From a virus (taxonomy: Duplodnaviria; Caudoviricetes), in IMG/VR virus record IMGVR_UViG_3300032265_002598, positions 64,001-128,000 of that record: 64,000 bases of DNA; one strand, 5' to 3'. Positions 48,356-58,681 of this stretch are shown piece after piece. The position numbers were made by a program, and so were the translations under genes. Numbering within the stretch: the first letter of the stretch is position 1; each line of letters starts with the position of its first letter. The notes under the pieces are model-generated. The model ran no database searches. It saw only the letters and a program-made list of their open reading frames with translations, and had not been told where the DNA came from.

Positions 48356-51300
48356 ATGAGTTGCTGTACGTTATTTAATAGATCTTTATTCACTGAAGCT
48401 ACCTTAACCGGACTTAGTGTTGAAGTAGATATATCAAGTCTCAAGAATCTAATTCCTGCTTTCAATTCTGGAACCAGCGGACTATGGAGACCAATTATTG
48501 TTAGTGGAAATGTTTCAAATCATAATTATGTTGATTTGTTGACTCAGCCCCAAACAACTTTGCGTCAAGCTTTTGATCCATTCAATTGTTCATCTGCTAT
48601 TACTTATGCTGGAGACTATAATGATTTGGAAAAACCAATTTTTGGTTTAGATTGCGGTTATTGCAATCCATTAGAACCTATTGATACTATTTGTTGTACA
48701 GGATCTGGTTCGTGTGATAATAGAATGTTGAAAGATGATTATCTACCTAAAATACCATTATTAAATCAAAAATATCTGAATGAATTTTATGACTGGAAAT
48801 ATTATAATCAATTTCCATCAGTATCTAATAAACCATTAGGTCTTGAGCATTTTATTAAATTGTCTAATTTAAAGAATTTTACTATTACTAGTAGTAATAA
48901 TCAATCTAATACATCTGAAGCAAAAATGATGATCGATTGGTCTTTAAAAGAAAGAATGGGAGAGATACCTTATGATAAAGAAACATCTCAATATGATAAT
49001 ATAGATGATCATAATAAAGCATATGCTAAGTTTTTACAAGTTGGTAAGACTTGTGGAAATTTTATACTCACAAACCTTGAACCTGATGGATCTGGATATA
49101 ATCCATATTATCCTATATTTAGTGGACTGATAGGACCTACTGGACAAAATATTCCTTGGCCAAATTGGAGAGATGTTTTACCAACTCCCCAAGAATTTTC
49201 TGCAATACCTTATGGTTTTAATAATAAAACTTATGACAATATTTTTGTAAAACATAATAAACTTGGATCTCATTGGAAATGGAATTATACTTCAGGAATA
49301 TTAGGTTGGTACAGATATTACCAAACAGGAATTGTCAATGATCCTAGAGCAATTTCTGGTGTTGATCTTTATATTTCTCCAGGCGATGTATTTTATGCTA
49401 CAAATGATGGTCCAGAATATTCTCCATATAATGGAAATAGAACAACAGGCACAAAGTTTTGTCCATCTGGATTAAAATTAATTCAAAATAATAGTGTTGT
49501 TGGAATTATCCCTAGTGGTTCTAAATTCACATATATTTCTAATAATCTATATGATAGATTTTATAGTATTTATACGGCACTAGATTTTATTAATGAAGAA
49601 GATAATACTAGAAATTCTAATGTTAATCTATTAAGTCCTATAGAAATATTTGAGCTATCCGCATTATTATGTACTTCTCCAGAATATGATCAAATTACAA
49701 TAGATCTATTAAAAAGAAATCTGGATCAAAATTATATTCTTAATGAGTATAGACAACTATCTGGATTTAATAGTGATATGTCGGCTAGTAAAATTGGTTC
49801 AATTAGTAAACTAGATTTCGTACAAACAACTGGGGATCTAATAACAGCATTAGCCAATAAGTATGGAGCATATGTTTGGTTTCCTCCGCAGGCTACAACT
49901 ACACTAGAATTTACTAAAGATATTGATGCTGCGTGTTATATAGATTTAGATTTTGATATGGCTGTAAAATTATCAGATACTTATGCAATATCTTTCCCAG
50001 GATCTAATGGTATGAATGATTGTTCAGAGCCTTCTTTTTCAAAGAATTTTGATTATTCTCAATCTTTACAATTAGCTAATTTAACATTAGAAAGCAGAAG
50101 AGATATCAGAACCAGATTTGATCAGACTTGTAATAGTGGAATAATAAATATATCTAAAGTTGCAAAAATGGCTGGTATTTATTTCAATAATAATCTTATT
50201 AAAGAAATAGTTTATTCCACAGGAATAGAGCATTTTTATAATAAATATCCTAAAGCTGAATTAAGTAGAAAATATAAAGCTACTGCTGCTAATCTAAGAA
50301 TTGATAAAGCTGCTTTTCATAATCAAGGAGGAGTATATTATGATAGTAAAATATTTGGAGCAGATAATAGTACTATATTCGTTAATAATGTTTCGTTAAA
50401 TTTTTCTAATACACCAAGAGCTAAGATCAAATTTACTACCAAAGATGCTGGTATTAAACTTTATGGTTTAAAAATTGAAAAATTAAGAGGATCAACTTCT
50501 GGAACTTATGAATGTAGAGCTTTTCCTAATAAAAATAGTTGTGGATGTTTTGGATTATTAACTTTTCCAGAATATCCATACATCTGTAATGATAGTTCTG
50601 TAGTTTTCACTAATGATCCCTTACGATATACTCCTGGATTATCTACTGCAAATAGTCCAATCTTAAAATCATACGGAGGTTATTCAGCTAGCTATATAAG
50701 TGGAATATTAGGAAGCCAAACGATACCAAACCATCCAGCAGTAGGAACTTCATTGACTGCTGTTAATAAAAAAATTGATCCAGAAATGCCTTATGGTTGT
50801 GAACAATCTATTCAAGTTAGTCTACCTAATTATGTATATAGTTCGTGGTCTTTGTCTTTACCTAGTTATGATACTGTCCATGCAGATATTTGGGCACAAG
50901 TTTTAGAAAATGTTGATTTATTTAGAACTACATTATCGTGGCAAAATCCAGACAATCCAGACGGTGGATTCGATTCTATTCCAAATCCAGGATATCAAAG
51001 GTTTGCTAGCCAAGTAAATATTAATGATAATATTTCTGTATATGATAAACAAAAGAAAATAGTTGTACAAAAGGGGGACGGAGTTACTAATATAGGAGTT
51101 AAAATTACTAATCCATATTTATCAGCTATTTTAGAAAACACTCATGTCTTATATCCTCCAAATGGAAATTCTTGTCTTGCTAGTAATACAATTGGCGGAG
51201 ATGAGAATATTTTGGTTCCTATTAAATTTAGTAGAATACCCAGAAAACAATTAATCAATTTTGCTATTCCATCTACAACTGGTATGGGAGTTTTAAAAAG

Positions 51301-54300
51301 AGGATTTTTTCATCCTAATAGTGGACTTACATATAAAACCAATTTAAATATTAATGGAAATAATACTATAAAAAATAGCCCAATAGATTATTCAAGACAA
51401 TCGCCATATATCTCTTATGACCAAGAACTTTTTAATTCTGGTGCTCCATATAATTCTGGTTCTATATTAATAGGAAATTTTACGGATGATGTTAAAAACA
51501 TATTATCTCAAATAAATGGTTTTGGATCTCATAAAAAACCCAGATTATATTTGCAACTAGGTAATAGATGGTATGAGTATAATACTGATGACACTTTTGG
51601 ATTTAAAAAAGATAACACTACATATATTGGAGAACCATATCTATTTAAATATTCTAGTCAAGATTCTTTTGAAAAAGTTGATGGTCCAATAATACCAGTA
51701 TCTCCAAAAGGACACATTAACTTTAGTTTCATGTATAATTTCATTCCAAGTGGCAATAAAATTACACATCACTCAGAAAGAAAATATCCTTTCCTATATA
51801 CTGATTTCATTTCAAATCCAAACGATATTAGGACAGCCAAATTAAATGGAATAAGACTATATTTTCTATTAGGAGAAAATGATACGGCACTAATTACATC
51901 ATATGATTCTATTAGTCTTTTGACAGATGATGACCAAAATAAGATTACTGCAACATATCCCGAATTAGTATTGGCTAATGGAGAAAGATGGAAATATAGA
52001 GGAAATGGAGCAAAAAATAATCCTAATTCTTATGCTCTAGTAGACTATAATCGTTTATATACGAATTTTAGTGATTTGCATATTGACTATGAAAAAAGAA
52101 ATAGACAGGGATATATTTACGATACTAAAAAGAAATGCAATCAAACTGTTAAAATTTATAATAAAAAAAATCCATCACAAAATTATGATGCTAAAATTAT
52201 TGAAAAAAGTTTATATCATATAACCGTAGATAAAAATAAAAATAAAATTGTAAGAAAAAAGAATCTTATTAATGAGTATAGAAATTTTTACACAGAAATT
52301 AAATTTGATCAAGATATACGATATGCTCAATGCTATATAGATTTTAGTTTATTAGGTTTAGATTCATCTAATCAAGAAGGAGCGGATTCATTTTTTGTTT
52401 ATCAGAATCAACCTACTTTAAAAGGTGAGATTGATAGTTTATTAGTCAATGGAAATTATTCAACGAAATGGTCTGATATTTTTAATTTTGATGGTAAATT
52501 AACTAATGATCTATCTCAATATTTTCATGGGTCTGATTATTTGAATAGCATATATCCATCTAGTCTTTATGATAATAACTTTTTTAAGATTATTATCAAT
52601 AATGCTGACTATAAAATTCATAGATATAATATTAATCTAAATAACAATAGTCTATTTGTTACTCATTCTGGTTTAGCAAATTATGCTATACATCAACAAT
52701 ACAATATCGGTTTAGATATTTTAACTAATGGATCTATGGAAGATTATCAAAATTATCTTTCTTTTATAGATATTAATATTCCTCAGTCTGGTGATAATGT
52801 AAAAAATGATTTTAGAGATAAAATTCAACCTTATTTACAAAAAATGATTGATGATAATAAAATACCTTTGGGATCTATTAAAATTAGTGGTATTTTAGCA
52901 AATTTGGGATCAACACATACTTATGACAATGATTTTATTTCACCTACCGCTAATTTATTTTGGGTAAATTTAAAAGGTGGAAAATTACTAGAATCTGCTT
53001 TTATGATAAATCCTGGCAAAACTTTTTATACAAACACATTGAGGGTAGATAGTTCTCCTTTTCAACTTTCACAAATTAATTCTGCAACGAAAGTAAATTC
53101 AAATGGTTGTTATAAAGTTTTTTATCCATCGACTCCTACAAATACCCAAACTTTCGCAGATAACGTACTAGAATTTGATCATTTCAAACAAGTTCCTTAT
53201 ACTGGTGGTATTTTTTCTAGACTTCCAGTATATTGTGATACAGATAATCTTCCGGCCGGAGGATGTTCAAGTTTGGCTTGCGGAATGAATACTGCTGGAT
53301 ACGTTTCATATAGTGGAACATATAATATACAAGTTAATAAAACAAAAACATTAGAAGAATCAAACGATATTCCTTATATATTATCATATGATGGAGGTTT
53401 TTATAATCCAATAGGCAATACTGGCTTAAAATATATTCAAAGATTAGAATTATCTCCAAACAATACTCTATATCCTGTATCTAATTGTGATATCAATGTT
53501 TCTCCCAGACCAATAAATAATAGAATTTCAGTACTTAACGAAGAATATCAACAGTTAATGGGTAATAGTATAGTAAATGATCATACAACATTAGTTCAAA
53601 ATACTGATATATTAGCTAATGAAATGTTTTTTAGATTAATATATGGAGAAAAACAAAAAATTAATTTAAATACTATAGATAATGTTAATGATTCAATTTC
53701 TTTTAAAGATTTGATTAAATACAATTATCCTAAGATAGAAGCTAAAGATGTATATAAAAATATCCCATATGATTTGGATAAATTAGCAGATACTAGTAAT
53801 AGAAAAATTTCTGGTAATTTATCTATAAGAGGCATTTTAAAAGTTGGTGATTCTATTACAGCACAAATTGCTGATAAACAAATTGATATTTCAATAGTAA
53901 GACAAGATGGTAAGATAATGTCTGTAGCAACAGTAGATGGGAAAAGTGTGTCGGGGGTGATATATACTGAATTTTCTACTACTAACAATTTAATAGTTAG
54001 TAATAAAATACTTTCTGGATATACTTTTTTGAAAGCGTGCGTAGAATTAGAAAGAAGAAATCTTGGATTTTTACACGCCTTTACTTCAGGGAAAATTAAT
54101 GGAGAAAAAGACTGTGATGGTAATCAACTTGTTTACCCTTGGTGGCCTATTATGGATAGAACAGCATGGCTAGCAATTGCTCAAATAGAGAAAGATGCTC
54201 AAGCAGCTAGAAATGCAGGAAATAATGATCTTGCAGATTTATTATCGAAAAGTGCTCAAGATAAGTATAAACCATATGCTTGTCCATTCCCATCAGATTT

Positions 54301-56194
54301 TAATCAACAAATATATTTTAATACTCATTTTTATACTTGCAGTCCGGAGTTTCTCGATGTTCAAGGAAGAAAAATTCCAGAGTCGCCATTTCCTGCTGGT
54401 GCTGGTGGTTGTGCTTATACAAGTAGTGCGGGGCCACCAGTTAGAAACTGCACCAATTGGGGAGTTGGCCTTGGTGTAGATGCTTTAGATTCAAATATAT
54501 ACACAGTCTTAAGTACTAAATCTAAAAAGGTAAAATTAGGAGGAATTGCAAGAGGAATTTTTGGTTTAACCAAACCATGTTTCATGGAAGGAGCAAGCAT
54601 TAATCTTACTAGAAATGGATATGGTGATATTGAAGATCGTATAGGAGGAGGGGCTATTGCTAGTCCAGGAGCTATAGGTAGTAAAATTACTTCTACAACT
54701 AGTCCATGTGGAACCTGTTATACATTAGATTATAAAGATCCATTAACTGGATATAATTATTATGATCCAATAAAGAAAAAATCAGTACCTCCATCTGATG
54801 GAAATCTTGAGGATAATTGTGAATGTGCAAATTGGGATTATGGCTATTGTAGAAATTCTAATAATTCTAGTTGTTTATGTAGTACTGATTCATATGATTA
54901 TGATGAATTTGATTATAATTTTGAATATTGTAGATATAATATTTCTTTAAAAGCACACAAAAGAAAAATAAAACAAAATTCTAATGCAACATCCTCTTCA
55001 GCAGCTAAACCCTGTCAAAACACAACTCCGGGTGGAACAATAGGTGGAGCTAGTGTTAATGTAGGAGAAGTACAAGAGGAATTTAGTTTCTTGGAGAGTT
55101 CTGCTGGAGCCCCAGCAATATGGTATATACATAACGCAGAAAGAGTTTTTACAAACCCTGCATATGATCCTCAATGTCCAGATGACCTATGTTCTATTGA
55201 GTATGATAATAATACATTAACTATTACTATGCCGAGTGGCCCTAGTTTATGTATTAATAATAGTATTAGAAATAATTGTCCAATTATAAATATTACTGTT
55301 CCAAATAATACTTATACAGTATCTGATTCTATAAGTAGCAGTTGTGATAATTGCGGAGTTGAACCTAATAAAATTAGTATGGTTGATCAAAAACAAAATT
55401 GGGAAATTATTACTGAGACTAGAACATGTATATTAGGAACTATATTAAGTGCTGGAAATCCAAATGAAAATGGGCCTATAGAGATGGGTTGTCAAACAAT
55501 AGGTTGTGGATACTGTAACATATGTTGTACTGATCAATGTTGTAATGATGATTATACTAATTGTGGACAAGGATTAGCTCTTCAAGAAGCTCCAGACTCT
55601 TTTCCTTGGAGTGTTTGTATAACATATTCTGAACCAGTTGTTTGTATCGGTGGTAATAGTAAAGGTTCATTGGTTGGTGGTTGTGATATACCAATAGTAT
55701 ATCCTATTATAACATCTAATAATGCTGCAAATAATAGATATATAAAATTATGGAAAGATCAAATGAGCCAAAAAAGACTCAATACTGCTCCATGCTTTAA
55801 TAATAAAACGATAGATGTTAATGATATAGTAGAAGGTGTTGTTCCAGGATCTTGTAGCGATATTAATTTTACTACAGTTGTTTATAATGGTATGAAATAT
55901 AGAGCAACTATGGGAGATCCAGCAATCGGCTCAAATCCTGTAACATTCACAGTTGCTTCTTATACTTACCAGTATCGTAGACCAAAAACTATACAAGATA
56001 TTTTTAAAGGAGATGAATTAACAGCAAAATGTAATAATGTTGTAGCTTCATGTCCGTCAACAACCCCATTAAATATGACAGAAAGAATTAAAACACTAGA
56101 TTGCAACACTACTCCAACATGTTATGATAATAATATTCCAACATGCGATAATGATAATTATTGTTGTAGAACAGGAAAGACTTCAATATCATGA
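48356..56194 (+). CDS. Giant tail-tip/central-fibre-like protein (2612 aa) with Cys-rich C-terminus
   Basis: Last large gene of the structural block; about 40 Cys in the final ~640 aa (manual count), plus Cys pairs near the N-terminus. Confidence 0.5.
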   Translation: MSCCTLFNRSLFTEATLTGLSVEVDISSLKNLIPAFNSGTSGLWRPIIVSGNVSNHNYVDLLTQPQTTLRQAFDPFNCSSAITYAGDYNDLEKPIFGLDCGYCNPLEPIDTICCTGSGSCDNRMLKDDYLPKIPLLNQKYLNEFYDWKYYNQFPSVSNKPLGLEHFIKLSNLKNFTITSSNNQSNTSEAKMMIDWSLKERMGEIPYDKETSQYDNIDDHNKAYAKFLQVGKTCGNFILTNLEPDGSGYNPYYPIFSGLIGPTGQNIPWPNWRDVLPTPQEFSAIPYGFNNKTYDNIFVKHNKLGSHWKWNYTSGILGWYRYYQTGIVNDPRAISGVDLYISPGDVFYATNDGPEYSPYNGNRTTGTKFCPSGLKLIQNNSVVGIIPSGSKFTYISNNLYDRFYSIYTALDFINEEDNTRNSNVNLLSPIEIFELSALLCTSPEYDQITIDLLKRNLDQNYILNEYRQLSGFNSDMSASKIGSISKLDFVQTTGDLITALANKYGAYVWFPPQATTTLEFTKDIDAACYIDLDFDMAVKLSDTYAISFPGSNGMNDCSEPSFSKNFDYSQSLQLANLTLESRRDIRTRFDQTCNSGIINISKVAKMAGIYFNNNLIKEIVYSTGIEHFYNKYPKAELSRKYKATAANLRIDKAAFHNQGGVYYDSKIFGADNSTIFVNNVSLNFSNTPRAKIKFTTKDAGIKLYGLKIEKLRGSTSGTYECRAFPNKNSCGCFGLLTFPEYPYICNDSSVVFTNDPLRYTPGLSTANSPILKSYGGYSASYISGILGSQTIPNHPAVGTSLTAVNKKIDPEMPYGCEQSIQVSLPNYVYSSWSLSLPSYDTVHADIWAQVLENVDLFRTTLSWQNPDNPDGGFDSIPNPGYQRFASQVNINDNISVYDKQKKIVVQKGDGVTNIGVKITNPYLSAILENTHVLYPPNGNSCLASNTIGGDENILVPIKFSRIPRKQLINFAIPSTTGMGVLKRGFFHPNSGLTYKTNLNINGNNTIKNSPIDYSRQSPYISYDQELFNSGAPYNSGSILIGNFTDDVKNILSQINGFGSHKKPRLYLQLGNRWYEYNTDDTFGFKKDNTTYIGEPYLFKYSSQDSFEKVDGPIIPVSPKGHINFSFMYNFIPSGNKITHHSERKYPFLYTDFISNPNDIRTAKLNGIRLYFLLGENDTALITSYDSISLLTDDDQNKITATYPELVLANGERWKYRGNGAKNNPNSYALVDYNRLYTNFSDLHIDYEKRNRQGYIYDTKKKCNQTVKIYNKKNPSQNYDAKIIEKSLYHITVDKNKNKIVRKKNLINEYRNFYTEIKFDQDIRYAQCYIDFSLLGLDSSNQEGADSFFVYQNQPTLKGEIDSLLVNGNYSTKWSDIFNFDGKLTNDLSQYFHGSDYLNSIYPSSLYDNNFFKIIINNADYKIHRYNINLNNNSLFVTHSGLANYAIHQQYNIGLDILTNGSMEDYQNYLSFIDINIPQSGDNVKNDFRDKIQPYLQKMIDDNKIPLGSIKISGILANLGSTHTYDNDFISPTANLFWVNLKGGKLLESAFMINPGKTFYTNTLRVDSSPFQLSQINSATKVNSNGCYKVFYPSTPTNTQTFADNVLEFDHFKQVPYTGGIFSRLPVYCDTDNLPAGGCSSLACGMNTAGYVSYSGTYNIQVNKTKTLEESNDIPYILSYDGGFYNPIGNTGLKYIQRLELSPNNTLYPVSNCDINVSPRPINNRISVLNEEYQQLMGNSIVNDHTTLVQNTDILANEMFFRLIYGEKQKINLNTIDNVNDSISFKDLIKYNYPKIEAKDVYKNIPYDLDKLADTSNRKISGNLSIRGILKVGDSITAQIADKQIDISIVRQDGKIMSVATVDGKSVSGVIYTEFSTTNNLIVSNKILSGYTFLKACVELERRNLGFLHAFTSGKINGEKDCDGNQLVYPWWPIMDRTAWLAIAQIEKDAQAARNAGNNDLADLLSKSAQDKYKPYACPFPSDFNQQIYFNTHFYTCSPEFLDVQGRKIPESPFPAGAGGCAYTSSAGPPVRNCTNWGVGLGVDALDSNIYTVLSTKSKKVKLGGIARGIFGLTKPCFMEGASINLTRNGYGDIEDRIGGGAIASPGAIGSKITSTTSPCGTCYTLDYKDPLTGYNYYDPIKKKSVPPSDGNLEDNCECANWDYGYCRNSNNSSCLCSTDSYDYDEFDYNFEYCRYNISLKAHKRKIKQNSNATSSSAAKPCQNTTPGGTIGGASVNVGEVQEEFSFLESSAGAPAIWYIHNAERVFTNPAYDPQCPDDLCSIEYDNNTLTITMPSGPSLCINNSIRNNCPIINITVPNNTYTVSDSISSSCDNCGVEPNKISMVDQKQNWEIITETRTCILGTILSAGNPNENGPIEMGCQTIGCGYCNICCTDQCCNDDYTNCGQGLALQEAPDSFPWSVCITYSEPVVCIGGNSKGSLVGGCDIPIVYPIITSNNAANNRYIKLWKDQMSQKRLNTAPCFNNKTIDVNDIVEGVVPGSCSDINFTTVVYNGMKYRATMGDPAIGSNPVTFTVASYTYQYRRPKTIQDIFKGDELTAKCNNVVASCPSTTPLNMTERIKTLDCNTTPTCYDNNIPTCDNDNYCCRTGKTSIS

Positions 56195-56685
56195 ATAACA
56201 CAGCATATTGCGATTTAGAACTTCTAGATAGCACATTTAATAATAAACCACTTTATAAATGTAAATATTGTGATCTAACAGTTGCATTAGAAGATCCAGA
56301 AACTAAAATTATGTGTTTTAAAAAAATAGAAGATATAGCACATAAAATACATCAAAATCATACTGGTAATTTTGATTCAAAACCACCAATTCATATATCT
56401 GGTCAGCAAAACATTAAAGACGTGGTACTAGAAGAAACCAAAAAAGATGCAATAAAAAGAACTGCAAATTCTGGAACAGAAATATCTAGTAAGATGTGTT
56501 CAGAAAATGAGATAGCCGGAAGGCTAGCTATTTGTAATTCTTGCGAATACTTTAAAGAAAACTCTTGTTTATTATGTGGCTGTACGGTTATAAGAGAAGC
56601 AAATTATAAGAATAAATTAGCTTATAAAAATCAAAAATGTCCTGCTGATAAATGGGGACCTATTATTAGTTCCGAACCCTATTAA
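56191..56685 (+). CDS. Cys-rich metal-binding protein (DUF6171-like C-terminus)
   Basis: RLAICNSCEYFKENSCLLCGC...KLAYKNQKCPADKW plus an N-terminal CKYC; ATGA overlap with the upstream gene. Confidence 0.6.
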   Translation: MNNTAYCDLELLDSTFNNKPLYKCKYCDLTVALEDPETKIMCFKKIEDIAHKIHQNHTGNFDSKPPIHISGQQNIKDVVLEETKKDAIKRTANSGTEISSKMCSENEIAGRLAICNSCEYFKENSCLLCGCTVIREANYKNKLAYKNQKCPADKWGPIISSEPY

Positions 56686-57655
56686 ATCTTGCAACTTCCT
56701 TCATAGCCATACCGTAAACACACTCAGTTTGTAAGACTTTTGTTTCTCCATCAACTTTAATTATTAGAGTAACCGATACAGATCGAGATCCAGACCAATT
56801 TCTAAAGTTATGAAGAGACACAACAAACTCCCCATAAGGGGAATGTCCAGTAGGCCAAAACACATTCTCTACAGGTTTATCTGTTAAATGATATCTATTG
56901 GCATTCATATCTACATCTAGCATTCCACCACAAACTCCATGTCTGTTAGTCCAAGAAATATATGAATTTTGACCGAATGACCTAAAATGCACATGAACAT
57001 CTATATCATCAACAGTATTCCAACCTATACTCACTTGAACATCTCCTGTCTTGGCTCCCGCAGCATTTAGCCTACGACCAATGTCAAGGGCTGCTCCAGT
57101 CTCTCCAAAGCCATTGTTTAATCCATTAGAACCTGAAGTGGGTATGTTTTTAATAAGCTCTCCCAGCACCCCGGTAGCTTCATTTTGATTATTAGATGAT
57201 CGATTTTGTGATGCGGGAGATTCCTCAACTAGTTGAGTAGATAAATTTTCTATTGATATATCAGAGATTAAATTTAAAAAAGAATTATCTCTTGGTTCTT
57301 CAAAAGGTTCTGGTAAAATTTCTTCTGTTAGAGTTTCTGTGGTGCTATTTGCAGCTATAGCCTCTTCTAATAGCTCACTTTCATCAGAACCAGAAGCAGA
57401 CACTTCGGCATCAAAGTTTATTTCTACTGGTTCATCTAAGGAGATTCCAGCAACTTCACTTTCAAATGATATTTCTAAACTAATCTTTTTAGGAAGACTA
57501 GCAGATATTGATAAAGAAAGAATCAATAATATAGAAGTATGCCATATTATACTATGAAACATACCAATTCTATATAAATAGTTTACTGTTCTATTTAAAG
57601 AGCTGGGATAATTGTCTAGCTCTTCTCGCCCTGATTCTTTTGCCATTTGTGCCAA
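56666..57655 (-). CDS. Membrane-anchored protein with YfaP/DUF2135-like C-terminal domain
   Basis: Hydrophobic segment (MFHSIIWHTSILLILSLSI), acidic linker, then GAKTGDVQVSIGWNTVDDIDVHV...GGMLDVDMNA...PVENVFWP. The start codon is uncertain. Confidence 0.65.
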   Translation of the reverse strand: MAQMAKESGREELDNYPSSLNRTVNYLYRIGMFHSIIWHTSILLILSLSISASLPKKISLEISFESEVAGISLDEPVEINFDAEVSASGSDESELLEEAIAANSTTETLTEEILPEPFEEPRDNSFLNLISDISIENLSTQLVEESPASQNRSSNNQNEATGVLGELIKNIPTSGSNGLNNGFGETGAALDIGRRLNAAGAKTGDVQVSIGWNTVDDIDVHVHFRSFGQNSYISWTNRHGVCGGMLDVDMNANRYHLTDKPVENVFWPTGHSPYGEFVVSLHNFRNWSGSRSVSVTLIIKVDGETKVLQTECVYGMAMKEVARFNRVRN

Positions 57656-57948
57656 CCATTATTTGGTAACCAATTGTTTTCGTCATCTTTACGCTTGGGA
57701 AATAGGGTACCACCCTTTTTATGCTGACCGAAAGACAATACTGCCCCACAGTCCATACATCTTAGTTCATAATAATCGTTACCTTCGACATTACGAACTA
57801 TAAACTTAAGATTAGTACTCTTACACAGCCCGCACTTATCTTCTGAAAAGATTTCCTGAATTAAGGCTAATTCCTTAAAAATTTCCTTTTGTCCAGCAGC
57901 TTCTAATTCAAAAGATAGTTTGTCATTGGCCGTATAAGTTACTTTCAT
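57616..57948 (-). CDS. Zinc-ribbon protein (110 aa)
   Basis: CGLC...CMDC pairs. Confidence 0.7.
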   Translation of the reverse strand: MKVTYTANDKLSFELEAAGQKEIFKELALIQEIFSEDKCGLCKSTNLKFIVRNVEGNDYYELRCMDCGAVLSFGQHKKGGTLFPKRKDDENNWLPNNGWHKWQKNQGEKS

Positions 57949-57952
57949 AATA

Positions 57953-58681
57953 TCACTTCCAGTTTGGTAAGTACCCCGTTAATTCTTCTGTAATTTTACT
58001 CATATCTTGCTGATACGAAGTCAAGTGCTTGATCACACCAACTGCGTCCTCATGTGAGATATTATATATGTTCTCTTCAGCAATTGCAAGTGATTTTATT
58101 AAATTACTCACATTAACATTTAGTCTTTGAGCAATTACATCTATAAAATTAATTTGATTAACACTAATCTTAGATACTGAATTTTCATCTGGATGATCCT
58201 CAATATCTTTTGCAATTTCTTCAGCAGCAACAACTTTTCTTAGTTTCAGACCTCTTCTTAATGCACGACCTTCTGCTCTCGTTTCTGCAACAGCAGTGGG
58301 GTGGTTGCGATAGATCTTATCACAGTTGCCCCAATAAACGTCAGCAGCACCCGTAACAGCCCGATATTTAACTTCGTCTAGTGATGAGGAATCACCTTTT
58401 AATACATAACGAATAGTATGGGTAGCAGTTGCTCTTTTTTCATTTTCTGGGCTGGGAGCTTGAACAATTTCTGTAATAGCTTCAATAACATCACAATTTA
58501 AAGCTACTTCAAATATTCTCCTTAAACCATCAGTAGTAGGATTGCCAGAAATTTTTTCATCATCTGACAATAATCCTAATACATAGTCTGTCCATCCTAG
58601 ATCATTAGGTGTAACTTTTGCTGGTATTGATTCTGTTGATTCCACAACTACTTCTGCAACTTTCTTTTCCTTAACCATCAT
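57953..58681 (-). CDS. Putative Rad52/Sak-like single-strand annealing protein
   Basis: GAADVYWGN...PTAVAETRAEGRALRRGL resembles the conserved A-x-T-R-A-x-x-R-A-L helix of Rad52-like annealases; C-terminal ISVNQINFI motif. Confidence 0.5.
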   Translation of the reverse strand: MMVKEKKVAEVVVESTESIPAKVTPNDLGWTDYVLGLLSDDEKISGNPTTDGLRRIFEVALNCDVIEAITEIVQAPSPENEKRATATHTIRYVLKGDSSSLDEVKYRAVTGAADVYWGNCDKIYRNHPTAVAETRAEGRALRRGLKLRKVVAAEEIAKDIEDHPDENSVSKISVNQINFIDVIAQRLNVNVSNLIKSLAIAEENIYNISHEDAVGVIKHLTSYQQDMSKITEELTGYLPNWK

